Assembly: GCA_028343215.1 (NCBI GenBank)
Contig: JAOLYB010000001.1
Coordinates: 71,879 to 135,878, forward strand
DNA length: 64,000 nucleotides
Reading direction: 5' to 3'
Source: Candidatus Nitrosopelagicus sp.
GTDB taxonomy: Archaea; Thermoproteota; Nitrososphaeria; Nitrososphaerales; Nitrosopumilaceae
Shown: positions 46,880-56,858 of the stretch, one piece after another
Position numbering within the stretch: position 1 is the stretch's first letter
Layout of the letters: every line of letters starts with the position of its first letter
Notes under the pieces: model-generated
The model's input: the letters and a program-made list of their open reading frames with translations, nothing else
The model's database searches: none
Told to the model about the DNA's origin: nothing
Program-made: the position numbers and the translations under genes

Positions 46880-47610
46880 TTTTGTAATCGTGTTAAGAAA
46901 TCTAAAGCTCCTTTAAAATCATTTGGAGATGTGAGTAAAACATCTCCAGTAATACTCTCAATTTCGAGAACAAAAGATGAGAAGTTATCCTCATAATTAG
47001 ACCAATCAAGGTTAAGAAATTGTGCAGAACGTGAATTTTTAGGTGAAGGGAATAATAAACAAGGAATTATTGAAAAGCCTTTTGGATTCAGATAATCATT
47101 GATTCTTTTGACTTGTGAGGCATCATGGACTACTTGCGTTACAAAGCCATTTGGTTTAGATATCACTTTCTTAGAAATCTTATCAAAATTTGGTTTACTT
47201 GGTAATGATAAATAGAAATTGATTTTTTCTCCAAAACCATTTTGAATTAAATGATTAACAGCAAAGCTTGGGATAACGCCAGATTTGTAATTATTTTCAG
47301 GAGAAGGATCACCCATTAAAATTAAAATTCCATCAAGATTGGCATGTATAGCAGAATCAACAAAATCAACAATCTGAGGAATTTTTTTATCAATTACTCG
47401 TAAACTGATAGTTACGTTAAGTTTTGGATATTTTTGTTTAATTTCTGCACCAATAATTAATGGAGAAATTCGTTCAATTCCCAGTACAGAATCAGTTACA
47501 TGAATTCCATCACAAAACTTGCTAATTTGCTCAATTCGCTCATCTAATAACTCAATTCGTGAAGGAGGATCTGATACTTTTGGAGGGTTGATTTCGTATC
47601 TAATCGTCAT
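46876..47610 (-). CDS. metF: Methylenetetrahydrofolate reductase-like protein
   Basis: YEINPPK, HVTDS, LILMGDP, FVTQ; overlaps the Hcy-domain gene; ATG 47610 is the likely start. Confidence 0.7.
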   Translation of the reverse strand: MTIRYEINPPKVSDPPSRIELLDERIEQISKFCDGIHVTDSVLGIERISPLIIGAEIKQKYPKLNVTISLRVIDKKIPQIVDFVDSAIHANLDGILILMGDPSPENNYKSGVIPSFAVNHLIQNGFGEKINFYLSLPSKPNFDKISKKVISKPNGFVTQVVHDASQVKRINDYLNPKGFSIIPCLLFPSPKNSRSAQFLNLDWSNYEDNFSSFVLEIESITGDVLLTSPNDFKGALDFLTRLQN

Positions 47611-47699
47611 ATGTGAAATCACGATACACTTGATTAAAACTTCTCTATGTTTAGCGATTTACTGATTAGGTTTTTATCTAATTTTAACAAAATCAGGAC

Positions 47700-49163
47700 A
47701 TGAAAGAATTGGTTTTGACAATAATCGCATTAGGAGTTTTTACAATGTTTTATCCAGGAATTGCAGATGCCGGAATGTACGGGGAAGTGTATATTCCAAA
47801 GCATGAATTTATAGGATTTTTTGACGAAAATGAAACATACACAATTTTTGCAGGAGTCAAAAATAAAGAATATTTCCCAATTATACCGACAGTAACAATT
47901 TCAATTCAAGATGGAGATGAACTGATTGTCAGAGAATACAGACTTGCTGGAATAATGCCAGAGAACATGTTACCAATGAAAGTTCAAATTCCAGAAGTTA
48001 GTACTGAAAATCCAATCTTACTTGAGCCAACAATAACATATGAAAAAACTACTGAATCATTTACAGGTGGATACATAATTTATGATGATAGTTTACAGAT
48101 TTTAGATGATGGAAGTTTAGTTGGAAAAATTAGAAATGGAGGTGAAGAAACTTTTGAAAAATTTAGAATTTATGCATTAATCAAAGATAAAGATGATGTT
48201 ATAATCGATATTACAGCATCAGATATCTATGATACTATGAAACCAGGAGAAGTTTTTGATTTTAAATTATTAGCAAATCCAAGTATAGCAGATAAAGTTG
48301 ATTATTACAGTTGTTTTGCGTTTGGTGATGATGCAATACAACCACTTACAGTAAAACAAAATGATGATACATTTACTTTCAGGTATACTGCAAATGCATG
48401 GTTTACAGATGCAGAATTTTCTGATGATGGAAGTGAATTGAACATGTATTCTTTGAATGGATTCCAGCTTCCAGTTGTAGGAAGTTTTGAATTTCCAACC
48501 AACTCTTTGAATGAGAAATATGATGTTATCTTAGACGGGGAAAAATTTGCAAAAGGTGCAAGTTCAAAAGATCCAAAAATAAGATTTACAGAATCCGTTG
48601 AGACATTACAAAGTATAGATGAAATGGGAAATTGGCATCTTTATTTTGAAGTACCAGAAGCATTTCAAGGAAATGTAAAAATTTCAGGATTTATGGAAAA
48701 TGATGGAACAGTAGTTGTACCTGATGAGATTGATTTGACAACTCTAATTTATCATGAAATTGAAGGAGGCGAAGTAATCGACATTACAGCAAAACCAAAA
48801 AAAGCATCACTAGTTATCAACATCAATTCAGTAGATGATGGTGAACTATTATTGAAAATTAATGATTTTCTTGTTAGACCGTTTGATAATGATGAATTCA
48901 TAGCACAGATTCATTCAGAGCCAGGATTGTTTAATGAGGAAACAGAAACAGTCTACATAACAGATGAATTTGGATTTGAAAATGGACAAACAATCACAAT
49001 TCCATTTAAGAAAGGAACAGAAAAAATAGAGATTTTTGGTAGTTATGTCGTGCCAGAATTTGGTCAAATGGTTATGATAGTTCTGGCAGCCACAATTATT
49101 GGAATTGTGGTTATTTCAAAAAAGACAAACTCATTTAGTAATTTGTTTTACACAAAAATGTGA
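47700..49163 (+). CDS. PEFG-CTERM sorting-domain surface protein
   Basis: Signal peptide; acidic beta-rich body; IEIFGSYVVPEFGQ + TM + SKK. Confidence 0.85.
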   Translation: MKELVLTIIALGVFTMFYPGIADAGMYGEVYIPKHEFIGFFDENETYTIFAGVKNKEYFPIIPTVTISIQDGDELIVREYRLAGIMPENMLPMKVQIPEVSTENPILLEPTITYEKTTESFTGGYIIYDDSLQILDDGSLVGKIRNGGEETFEKFRIYALIKDKDDVIIDITASDIYDTMKPGEVFDFKLLANPSIADKVDYYSCFAFGDDAIQPLTVKQNDDTFTFRYTANAWFTDAEFSDDGSELNMYSLNGFQLPVVGSFEFPTNSLNEKYDVILDGEKFAKGASSKDPKIRFTESVETLQSIDEMGNWHLYFEVPEAFQGNVKISGFMENDGTVVVPDEIDLTTLIYHEIEGGEVIDITAKPKKASLVININSVDDGELLLKINDFLVRPFDNDEFIAQIHSEPGLFNEETETVYITDEFGFENGQTITIPFKKGTEKIEIFGSYVVPEFGQMVMIVLAATIIGIVVISKKTNSFSNLFYTKM

Positions 49164-49714
49164 ATTTAGAACTAATTAGAAATTCAATTACATCTGACAT
49201 TAATCCAATTTTATCGAACAATGATGGAACAAAATTATCTTCTGTTTTGATTATCATTTTTGAGGATTCACCAAAAATTTTAATGATAAAAAAACCAATT
49301 ACAATGAAACATCATGGAGGAGAAATTGCATTTCCAGGAGGAAAGATATCTAATGATGATGAGGATTTACTAGATACTGCAATTAGAGAGACGCTAGAAG
49401 AAACAGGGATTAAAGTAAAGCGTGATGAAGTAATTGGGCAATTAAAACCAGTTACAACATTAAATTCAGGGTTTACAATTTTACCTTTCATCTGTATATT
49501 AGATGAAATTAAAAATTTAACACCAAATTCAGAAGTAGATGAATTTTTAGAAATTCCATTGATGCCATTTTTACAAACCCTTGCAGAAGATTCAGATCCA
49601 GAACATAACTCAATTCAAGAAATGCATGAATTAAGATTTAAGAATCATATTATTTGGGGTGCGTCAGCCAGAATGCTCAAACAGATCACAGCAAAATTAA
49701 AAATAAATGAATAA
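49160..49714 (+). CDS. Nudix hydrolase, CoA pyrophosphatase-like
   Basis: HGGEIAFPGG, AIRETLEETG Nudix box, IWGASA. Confidence 0.9.
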   Translation: MNLELIRNSITSDINPILSNNDGTKLSSVLIIIFEDSPKILMIKKPITMKHHGGEIAFPGGKISNDDEDLLDTAIRETLEETGIKVKRDEVIGQLKPVTTLNSGFTILPFICILDEIKNLTPNSEVDEFLEIPLMPFLQTLAEDSDPEHNSIQEMHELRFKNHIIWGASARMLKQITAKLKINE

Positions 49715-49756
49715 TTTGACCTCTTCTTTCAAATTAGGTGATTAAAGAAGAAACAT

Positions 49757-50884
49757 GTGTTACAAAGGGATAATCTAAATAACTTAGTTAGAGGAGCTAC
49801 ATTTTTCCAACATTCTGGAATAGCAATTACATTTGTGTTTATGCCAATTATTGCAAGTCTTGTTGCAAAATCTGTTTTTGAGATTGGGATAATTGTTGCA
49901 TCATTTGCATTTGCACAAATTCTAACTGAAACATATTTTGGTCGTATGTCAGATAGAAAGGCAAAACGATTACTATTCATAAGAGTTGGATTCATTTTAT
50001 GTGCAATTACATTTGGTTTACATTATTTTGCCGATAATACAACATACCTAATCATAGCAAGATTGGGTGCAGGTATAGCGTCAGGAATTATGATTCCACC
50101 AATGTTAGCATATGCTTACGAGGCAGGAAAAGGGAAATCAAAGGTTGCATCAGTAATATCATTTCATGCGTTAGGATGGCTTGCAGGTATAGTTGCAGCA
50201 GGATTAGCAAACGATGAAAAATTAATTTTTATTGTTAGTAGTTGTTTTTTCATTATAGGCTTTATCATTTCATTGAGGCTTCCTAAAATACAAACGGAAA
50301 AAATTGTAGAAAAAGGAATAATCAAGAAAATCATTGTTAAAAACAAATTCCTCTTTTCATCATTGTTAATTCGCCATATTGGAGCTGCGGCTGCATGGAC
50401 AGTCCTACCTATCATGTTAATGGAGTATTTTGGTGCAGAATTGTATCAAGTTTCAATGGTATACGTAGCAAATACACTAACTGCATTTCTTGTCATGAAT
50501 TTGATGTCAAAGAGAATTCAGATTCAAAATATAACAAAATTCAAGATTGGGATAGGAATGACGGTCATAGTGTTTGTAGGATTAGCATTAATTACAGATT
50601 GGTGGATGGCGTGGCCATTTATGGCGATAGTTGGGTGTTCATGGGCATTTTTGTTTATCGGGGGAAACTTTCACCTTATGGAAAATAATCCAAGATCAAC
50701 ATCAACAGCAATTTTTAGCTCTACATTAGCAATTTCTACAGTTATTGGTCCGGTAATTGCAGGAAGTATTGCATACTATACAGACTACACATCAGTTATG
50801 ATTTTTGCAATTGTAGTGACACTAACAGCATTCATAATTTCAACTAAAATGAAGTCAGAAAAACCTAACGAAGTCCCCATTTAG
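49757..50884 (+). CDS. MFS transporter
   Basis: FGRMSDRKAKR motif A; about 12 TMs. Confidence 0.9.
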   Translation: MLQRDNLNNLVRGATFFQHSGIAITFVFMPIIASLVAKSVFEIGIIVASFAFAQILTETYFGRMSDRKAKRLLFIRVGFILCAITFGLHYFADNTTYLIIARLGAGIASGIMIPPMLAYAYEAGKGKSKVASVISFHALGWLAGIVAAGLANDEKLIFIVSSCFFIIGFIISLRLPKIQTEKIVEKGIIKKIIVKNKFLFSSLLIRHIGAAAAWTVLPIMLMEYFGAELYQVSMVYVANTLTAFLVMNLMSKRIQIQNITKFKIGIGMTVIVFVGLALITDWWMAWPFMAIVGCSWAFLFIGGNFHLMENNPRSTSTAIFSSTLAISTVIGPVIAGSIAYYTDYTSVMIFAIVVTLTAFIISTKMKSEKPNEVPI

Positions 50885-51623
50885 TCATAACCTTATCTTC
50901 TAATTTTTTAAAGACAAAGCCATCAATTAGAATTCCAATTCCCATGATTACAAGCATCATTGCAATAACTTGAGATACATCATTTAGTTGTCTTCCAACA
51001 TTTAACAAGAATCCAAGACCTAAAAATGAGAAAAGAAGTTCTGCACCAATTACACCTCTCCATGCAAACGCCCATCCTTGTTTGAATCCAGAAATCATAT
51101 ATGGAAATGCAGCAGGTATGAGGATCGTCGTGACCAGTTGACCACCTTTAGCACCCATATTTCGCGCAGCTTCAATAAATGAGGGATCGATATTTTTTAC
51201 TCCAGTGTACGTATTGATTGTAACAGCAAAGATTGCACCTATTGCAGTGACAAAGATTATTCCAGAATCAGAGAGACCAAACCATAAGATTGCAAGTGGA
51301 ACCCAAGCTACTGAAGGAATTGATTGTAATCCAAGTACAAGTGAACCAATAGTTTGATTTACAGTCTCAACACGAGCCATGAATATTCCAAGTAACATTC
51401 CACCACCAATTGCAATTGATAATCCAATTACCAAACGCCACATACTAGTTGCAATTCCATAAAACAAACTTCCATCAGATACTCCATAGAGTAGATCTTC
51501 TCCAACTTCTATAGGAGAAGGAAATATGTTATCAGGCCAGATTTCTGCAGAATCAATCCCTTGCCAAACAATTATGATTAGTACATAAAATGCGATTTTT
51601 TTACCAAAGAGATTTGCTTTCAT
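50865..51623 (-). CDS. NitT/TauT/SsuC-type ABC permease
   Basis: QSIPSVAWVPLAILWFG, EAARNMGA, AWRGVIGAEL, GLGFL. Confidence 0.93.
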   Translation of the reverse strand: MKANLFGKKIAFYVLIIIVWQGIDSAEIWPDNIFPSPIEVGEDLLYGVSDGSLFYGIATSMWRLVIGLSIAIGGGMLLGIFMARVETVNQTIGSLVLGLQSIPSVAWVPLAILWFGLSDSGIIFVTAIGAIFAVTINTYTGVKNIDPSFIEAARNMGAKGGQLVTTILIPAAFPYMISGFKQGWAFAWRGVIGAELLFSFLGLGFLLNVGRQLNDVSQVIAMMLVIMGIGILIDGFVFKKLEDKVMTKWGLR

Positions 51624-51634
51624 TGAATGAACAC

Positions 51635-52390
51635 CTATTTTGGCCCCTGATGTCTTAATGCAGCAAGAATTTCTTTTTCAAATTTTCCTAAATTTTCATC
51701 CTCTGCAACACGAGGTCTTTTGTAGTCAATATTAAGAGATTTTTTTACAACTGAAGGTCTGTGACTGAATACTGCAACACGTGAACCAAGTACAGCTGCC
51801 TCAGGCACATTATGTGTTACAAATATGATGGTCTTTTTTGTTTTCTGCCAAATCATTTGCATTTCAACTAAAAGTAAATCTCTAGTCTGAGAATCAAGAG
51901 CTGCAAAAGGTTCATCCATTAATAATACATCAGGATCCATCACAAGTGCGCGTGCAATAGCAACACGCTGTTTCATTCCAGTAGATAATTGATACGTGTA
52001 TGAATTTGCAAACTGAGATAATTGCATCATGTCAAGATATCTTTTGGATATATCATGTCGTTCATTCTCAGGAATTCCAGCAACTTTCAAACCATATTCA
52101 ACATTATCTTCCACAGTCAACCATGGAAATAATGCACCTTCCTGAAATACCATTATTCTGTCCGGTCCAGTGTTAACAAGTTTTTTTCCATCAAGTAATA
52201 CTTCCCCATCATCAGGTTTTTCCAATCCTGCCAAAATTCTAAGAAAAGTTGATTTGCCACATCCAGATGGGCCAACTATACAAACAAACTCCCCATCATC
52301 AACAGTGAGGTTCACTCCACCAATGGCTTTGAGAGGTTTACCATCATGTTGAAAATATTTTATAATATTTTTTGCTTCTATCTTACCCAT
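51635..52390 (-). CDS. NitT/TauT/SsuB-type ABC ATP-binding protein
   Basis: GPSGCGKST, LSTGMKQR, LMDEPFAALD, FVTHN; ATG 52390 is the likely start. Confidence 0.93.
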   Translation of the reverse strand: MGKIEAKNIIKYFQHDGKPLKAIGGVNLTVDDGEFVCIVGPSGCGKSTFLRILAGLEKPDDGEVLLDGKKLVNTGPDRIMVFQEGALFPWLTVEDNVEYGLKVAGIPENERHDISKRYLDMMQLSQFANSYTYQLSTGMKQRVAIARALVMDPDVLLMDEPFAALDSQTRDLLLVEMQMIWQKTKKTIIFVTHNVPEAAVLGSRVAVFSHRPSVVKKSLNIDYKRPRVAEDENLGKFEKEILAALRHQGPK

Positions 52391-53414
52391 TGTGATTCTC
52401 CTCAATTGATGTCACTGATATATTTTCATGATAAAAAATTCCATCTAGTGTGTAACCATCACGTCCAAGATATCCTAACGCATCAGCACGTTCGGCAAAA
52501 GTATGAACAGAATTTTCTAGAGGTTCAGATGTAATTATTATATTTGAAAATGATATTTCCACAATGTTTGGAGGCAATGTTCGTCCCATATAGCTTTTCA
52601 AGAATTGATTGTAAAGTTTTTTTGATTCATCAGGATGGTTGTTTATCCATTGAACAGTCTTTTCATTTGCAGTTATCCATTTTTTAATTATTTCAGGATT
52701 TTTTTCAATGTAGTCTGATCTGCCAATTAATAACACGGATGAAAATTGATTTTCGGGCCAAAATTCATTTTCATCAAACAAACGAACACCATTCAATTCT
52801 TCAACTAACATGGTTGCCCAAGGTTCAGGAACCCATGCACCATCAATGTCACCTTTTGCAAAAAGTGTATAAATGTCAGGATTCGCTATATTCAAAACAA
52901 AAACATCACCTCCTTTTTCAGCAGGTTTTAAACCATTTTCTGCAAGATAATGTCGAAGAGATACATCTTGCGTGTTACTGATTTGAGGAGCAGCAATTCG
53001 TTTTCCAGAGTAATTTTCAATTAAATCCAATCCAGAGTTTTTTTGTATCACAAAACTTGCACCACCACTAGCAGCACCTGCAAGAATTTTCAAATCATTA
53101 CCATCAGATTTTAGAAAACCATTGATTACAGGACCAGGACCAACATATGCAATATCAACAGAATTGGAGAATACAGATTCAATTACCTGAGGACCGCTAT
53201 CAAAAATCTTTACTTGAATGTCTAAGTCATCATCAAGATTATTTGCAAAAGTTTGGGTTTCCATTCCTATAATTGGTACTGCGTGGACAACGCTTGGAAA
53301 GAATGCCACACGTATTTTATTTTGAGAGTCATCAACAGAAGATTGTGTAAAGCCTACAAAAGCAATAATTCCAATGACTACAATTACAGCACCAATCAGA
53401 TATGAGATTTTCAT
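52383..53414 (-). CDS. NitT/TauT/SsuA-type ABC substrate-binding protein
   Basis: N-terminal TM; IDIAYVGPGP-like, GAASGGA, PQISNTQDV, AWVPEPW. Confidence 0.9.
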   Translation of the reverse strand: MKISYLIGAVIVVIGIIAFVGFTQSSVDDSQNKIRVAFFPSVVHAVPIIGMETQTFANNLDDDLDIQVKIFDSGPQVIESVFSNSVDIAYVGPGPVINGFLKSDGNDLKILAGAASGGASFVIQKNSGLDLIENYSGKRIAAPQISNTQDVSLRHYLAENGLKPAEKGGDVFVLNIANPDIYTLFAKGDIDGAWVPEPWATMLVEELNGVRLFDENEFWPENQFSSVLLIGRSDYIEKNPEIIKKWITANEKTVQWINNHPDESKKLYNQFLKSYMGRTLPPNIVEISFSNIIITSEPLENSVHTFAERADALGYLGRDGYTLDGIFYHENISVTSIEENHNG

Positions 53415-53546
53415 AAAACAGCGTTATGCCTGAAAGTTAAATAGCCATCGAATTTTAGCTGTAGCTATTCGTTTTCTAAATAGAATCTTGAGCCCAAATA
53501 GTTATCATAAAAGATAAATGCCCACATACATTCAAACAGTTGCATT

Positions 53547-54722
53547 ATGAAACAAAAATCAATACTTGCATTTTCAGGAGGATTGGATACATCAGTAGTT
53601 GTAAAGTATATGCAAGATATGCATGACATGGATGTAATTACAGTAACAGTGGATGTAGGTCAAGGAGATGACAGTACGAAAATTGCAAAAAAAGCAAAAA
53701 AACTGGGAGTTAAAAAACATTATAACATAGATGCAAAAAAAGAATTTGTTACAGATTATATTTTTCCAGCAATCAAAGCTAACGCATTATATCAAAAGAA
53801 ATATTGTCTTGCAACTGCACTAGCAAGACCATTAATTGCGCACAAAGTGCTTGAAATTGCAAAAAAAGAAAAAGTTTCATCATTAGCACATGGATGTTCA
53901 GGAAAAGGAAATGATCAAGTGCGTTTTGATAATACATTGAGGGCAGGTTCTAATCTTCCAATCATTGCACCAATTCGTGACATGAATTTGGACCGGGAAA
54001 CCGAATTGAAATTTGCAAATAAACATGGAATTGAGATAGATAGTGTTGCAAAAAAATTCAGTATTGATCAAAATTTATGGGGAAGAGCAATCGAAGGTGG
54101 AGTTTTAGAGAATCCATTCAATGAACCACCAGACGATGCATTCATTTGGATTGAGACAAAAAATTTACCTGAAAAACCAACATATTTGAAAATTAAATTC
54201 AATAAAGGAATACCAGTGGAAGTGGATGGCAAAAAAATGCCTCCAGTGAAATTAATAGAATATATCAATAAAAAAGCAGGTTCTCAGGGTGTCGGGATAG
54301 TTGATCATATAGAAGATAGGGTGGTTGGAATAAAATCACGTGAAGTGTATGAGACACCAGCGGCAATTTGTCTAATTGAAGCACATTCAGATCTTGAAAA
54401 AATGGTACATACAAAACATGAAACTAAATTCAAAACATTAGTGGATGATGAATGGGCATGGTTAGTTTATTCAGGATTATGGGATGATCCATTAAGAAAA
54501 GAATTGGATGAATTCATTGAACAAGCTCAAAAACGCGTAACTGGAACTGTAAGATTAAAACTTCACAAAGGAAATGTCAGAGTAGTCGGTAGAGAGTCAA
54601 AATATTCACTTTACAGTCACGACATAGCCACTTATGGAAAAGATTCCACATTTGATCAGAAATTGGCAAAAGGATTTGTCGAATTATGGGGAATGCAGTC
54701 AACAGAAGCTAATAAATTCTAG
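53547..54722 (+). CDS. argG: Argininosuccinate synthase
   Basis: AFSGGLDTS, HGCSGKGNDQVRF, SIDQNLWGRAIEGG, GIKSREVYE. Confidence 0.97.
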   Translation: MKQKSILAFSGGLDTSVVVKYMQDMHDMDVITVTVDVGQGDDSTKIAKKAKKLGVKKHYNIDAKKEFVTDYIFPAIKANALYQKKYCLATALARPLIAHKVLEIAKKEKVSSLAHGCSGKGNDQVRFDNTLRAGSNLPIIAPIRDMNLDRETELKFANKHGIEIDSVAKKFSIDQNLWGRAIEGGVLENPFNEPPDDAFIWIETKNLPEKPTYLKIKFNKGIPVEVDGKKMPPVKLIEYINKKAGSQGVGIVDHIEDRVVGIKSREVYETPAAICLIEAHSDLEKMVHTKHETKFKTLVDDEWAWLVYSGLWDDPLRKELDEFIEQAQKRVTGTVRLKLHKGNVRVVGRESKYSLYSHDIATYGKDSTFDQKLAKGFVELWGMQSTEANKF

Positions 54723-54742
54723 AGATAGGTGCAAAAAAAAAT

Positions 54743-54910
54743 ATGAATTGTCCAGAATGTGACGCAAATATGAATATCCCAGAAGATGCCGCTGTAGGTG
54801 AAATTGTTTCTTGTGGAGATTGTGGTGCAGACTATGAAATCTCAAAGAAAGAAGGTTCCAATATTGAATTAAAAGAAGCAGAAACCGTTGGCGAAGACTG
54901 GGGAGAGTAA
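54743..54910 (+). CDS. lysW: Amino-group carrier protein LysW/ArgW, copy 1 (canonical EDWGE; missed by ORF track)
   Basis: Hand translation MNCPECDANMNIPEDAAVGEIVSCGDCGADYEISKKEGSNIELKEAETVGEDWGE. Confidence 0.95.
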   Translation: MNCPECDANMNIPEDAAVGEIVSCGDCGADYEISKKEGSNIELKEAETVGEDWGE

Positions 54911-55765
54911 TTGCAGAAAATTTGCATAGTATTTGATAGGTTGAGAACCGAGGAAAAACTACTGCAAAAAAATGCAGAAGAACTAGGTTATGAAACTTCC
55001 ATGGTTGATGCAAAGATTACTAGTTTTGATACAGACAGTAAACCTGAAAATTTTGAATTTGGAGATGTTGTGTTAGAACGTTGTGTTAGTTATTACCGTG
55101 GATTACATTTCACAGCATGTTTAGAATTCATGGATATACCAGTGATTAACAAATTTGATGTTGCAAATACTTGTGGAAATAAAATGATAACATCAATGTT
55201 GTTAAAGAAAAACAACATTCCAACTCCAAAGACTTACTTTTCTTTTTCAGCTGAAACAGCATTGGATAATTTTGAAAAAGTTGGATACCCATTAGTTATA
55301 AAACCAATAATTGGTAGTTGGGGAAGAAGTGTCATGCCAGTTAAAGATAAAGATACAGCAGAAGCTGTAATCGAAAATAGACAGGTAACAGATGGACCTC
55401 AGGATAGAATTTATTATTTACAAGAGATGATTGATCGTCCACCAAGAGATATTCGTGTAATTACTGTCGGAGACCAAGCTATATCAGCAATGTATAGAAA
55501 ATCATCCGGAGGTTTCAAAACAAACATCGCACTAGGTGCAGACCCAGAACTTTGTGAAATTACAAAAGAGATGGAAGATTTGTGTGAAAAAACATCGAAA
55601 GCAGTGGGTGGTGGAATTTTAGGGATTGACTTGATGGAAGACAAAGAAAAAGGACTAGTTGTACACGAGGTAAACAATACGGTGGAGTTTAAAGGATTGG
55701 TAAAAGTCTCAAAGAAAAACATTCCAAAAGAGATGATCGACTATGCAATTCATAATATCAAGTGA
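54911..55765 (+). CDS. lysX: LysW-amino acid ligase (ATP-grasp, RimK family), copy 1; probably ArgX-type by context
   Basis: KPIIGSWGR, YLQEMI, RDIRV, HEVNNTVEF; immediately follows lysW copy 1. Confidence 0.9.
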   Translation: MQKICIVFDRLRTEEKLLQKNAEELGYETSMVDAKITSFDTDSKPENFEFGDVVLERCVSYYRGLHFTACLEFMDIPVINKFDVANTCGNKMITSMLLKKNNIPTPKTYFSFSAETALDNFEKVGYPLVIKPIIGSWGRSVMPVKDKDTAEAVIENRQVTDGPQDRIYYLQEMIDRPPRDIRVITVGDQAISAMYRKSSGGFKTNIALGADPELCEITKEMEDLCEKTSKAVGGGILGIDLMEDKEKGLVVHEVNNTVEFKGLVKVSKKNIPKEMIDYAIHNIK

Positions 55766-55808
55766 TAATGGCAATTACTGTTAAATTATGCTTTTTTAAG
55801 AATAGATT

Positions 55809-56855
55809 ATGAAAGTAGGAATTGTAGGAGCCTCAGGATATGTAGGAGGAGAAGTTCTCAGATTACTTCTCAGTCATCCTAAAGTTGAAGTTTCGATGGT
55901 AACCTCAAGACAACATGTAGGAAAATTTCTACACAAAGCTCAACCTAGCCTAAGAGGTTTTACTGATTTAAAATTCTCAGAACTAGATTATGAAAAAATG
56001 AGTGATAATTGTGACGTGGTTTTTACAGCAGTTCCACATGGAACAGCAACTGAGATTGTAAAGGCGTTGTATGATAGAGGAATGAAGATTATTGATTTGA
56101 GTGCAGATTATCGTTTGCATAATCCAGAGGATTATGGAAAATGGTATGGATGGGAACACCCACATCCAGATTATTTAGAAAAATCAGTATTTGGAGTACC
56201 AGAATTACATAGAGAAGAAATTAAAAAATCACAATTGGTTTCATGCCCAGGATGTATGGCAGTAACTTCAATGCTTGCATTAAATCCATTAATTAAAAAT
56301 AATTTAATTGATGAAGATCATATTGTTGTGGATTCAAAAATTGGTTCTTCAGGTGCAGGTGCAGGTGCAGGAACAGCACATGCAATGCGTGCAGGAGTCA
56401 TCAGACCATACAAACCAGCAAAGCATAGACATACCGGAGAAATTGAACAAGAATTAAGTCAAACAGCAGGTAGAAAAATCAAAGTATCAATGAGTCCACA
56501 TGCAGTAGATGTGGTTAGAGGAATTTTATGTACAAACCATACATTCCTTAAGAAAGATATTGATGAAAAAGAACTTTGGAAAATATATCGTGCAGAATAT
56601 AATGATGAACGATTTGTTAGATTAATTAGAGATAAAGACGGTCTACATAAATTCCCAGACCCAAAATTCTTAGTTGGTTCAAATTTCTGTGATATTGGAT
56701 TTGATCTAGACAGAGATAACAACAGATTGATTGCTCTATCGGCATCAGATAACCTAATGAAAGGTGCAGCAGGTTCCGCAATTCAAAACATGAACGTCAT
56801 GGCAGGATTTGATGAGTTCGAAGGAATTATGTATTCCCCACTAACACCAGTATAA
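55809..56855 (+). CDS. lysY: [LysW]-aminoadipyl/glutamyl-phosphate reductase (LysY/ArgC)
   Basis: GASGYVGGE, DLSADYRL, PGC, HRHTGEI, DNLMKGAAG. Confidence 0.93.
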   Translation: MKVGIVGASGYVGGEVLRLLLSHPKVEVSMVTSRQHVGKFLHKAQPSLRGFTDLKFSELDYEKMSDNCDVVFTAVPHGTATEIVKALYDRGMKIIDLSADYRLHNPEDYGKWYGWEHPHPDYLEKSVFGVPELHREEIKKSQLVSCPGCMAVTSMLALNPLIKNNLIDEDHIVVDSKIGSSGAGAGAGTAHAMRAGVIRPYKPAKHRHTGEIEQELSQTAGRKIKVSMSPHAVDVVRGILCTNHTFLKKDIDEKELWKIYRAEYNDERFVRLIRDKDGLHKFPDPKFLVGSNFCDIGFDLDRDNNRLIALSASDNLMKGAAGSAIQNMNVMAGFDEFEGIMYSPLTPV

Positions 56856-56858
56856 TAG

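Noticed and set aside
53547-54722. Absence of argH/argF and of homoaconitase/homoisocitrate dehydrogenase from the cluster as pathway loss
   Set aside because: Only 64 kb is visible and these genes are commonly located elsewhere.
54699-55013. Minus-strand ORFs at 54699-55013 and 60381-60617 from the ORF track
   Set aside because: They are shadows of the real plus-strand lysW genes, which were below the track's length cut-off.
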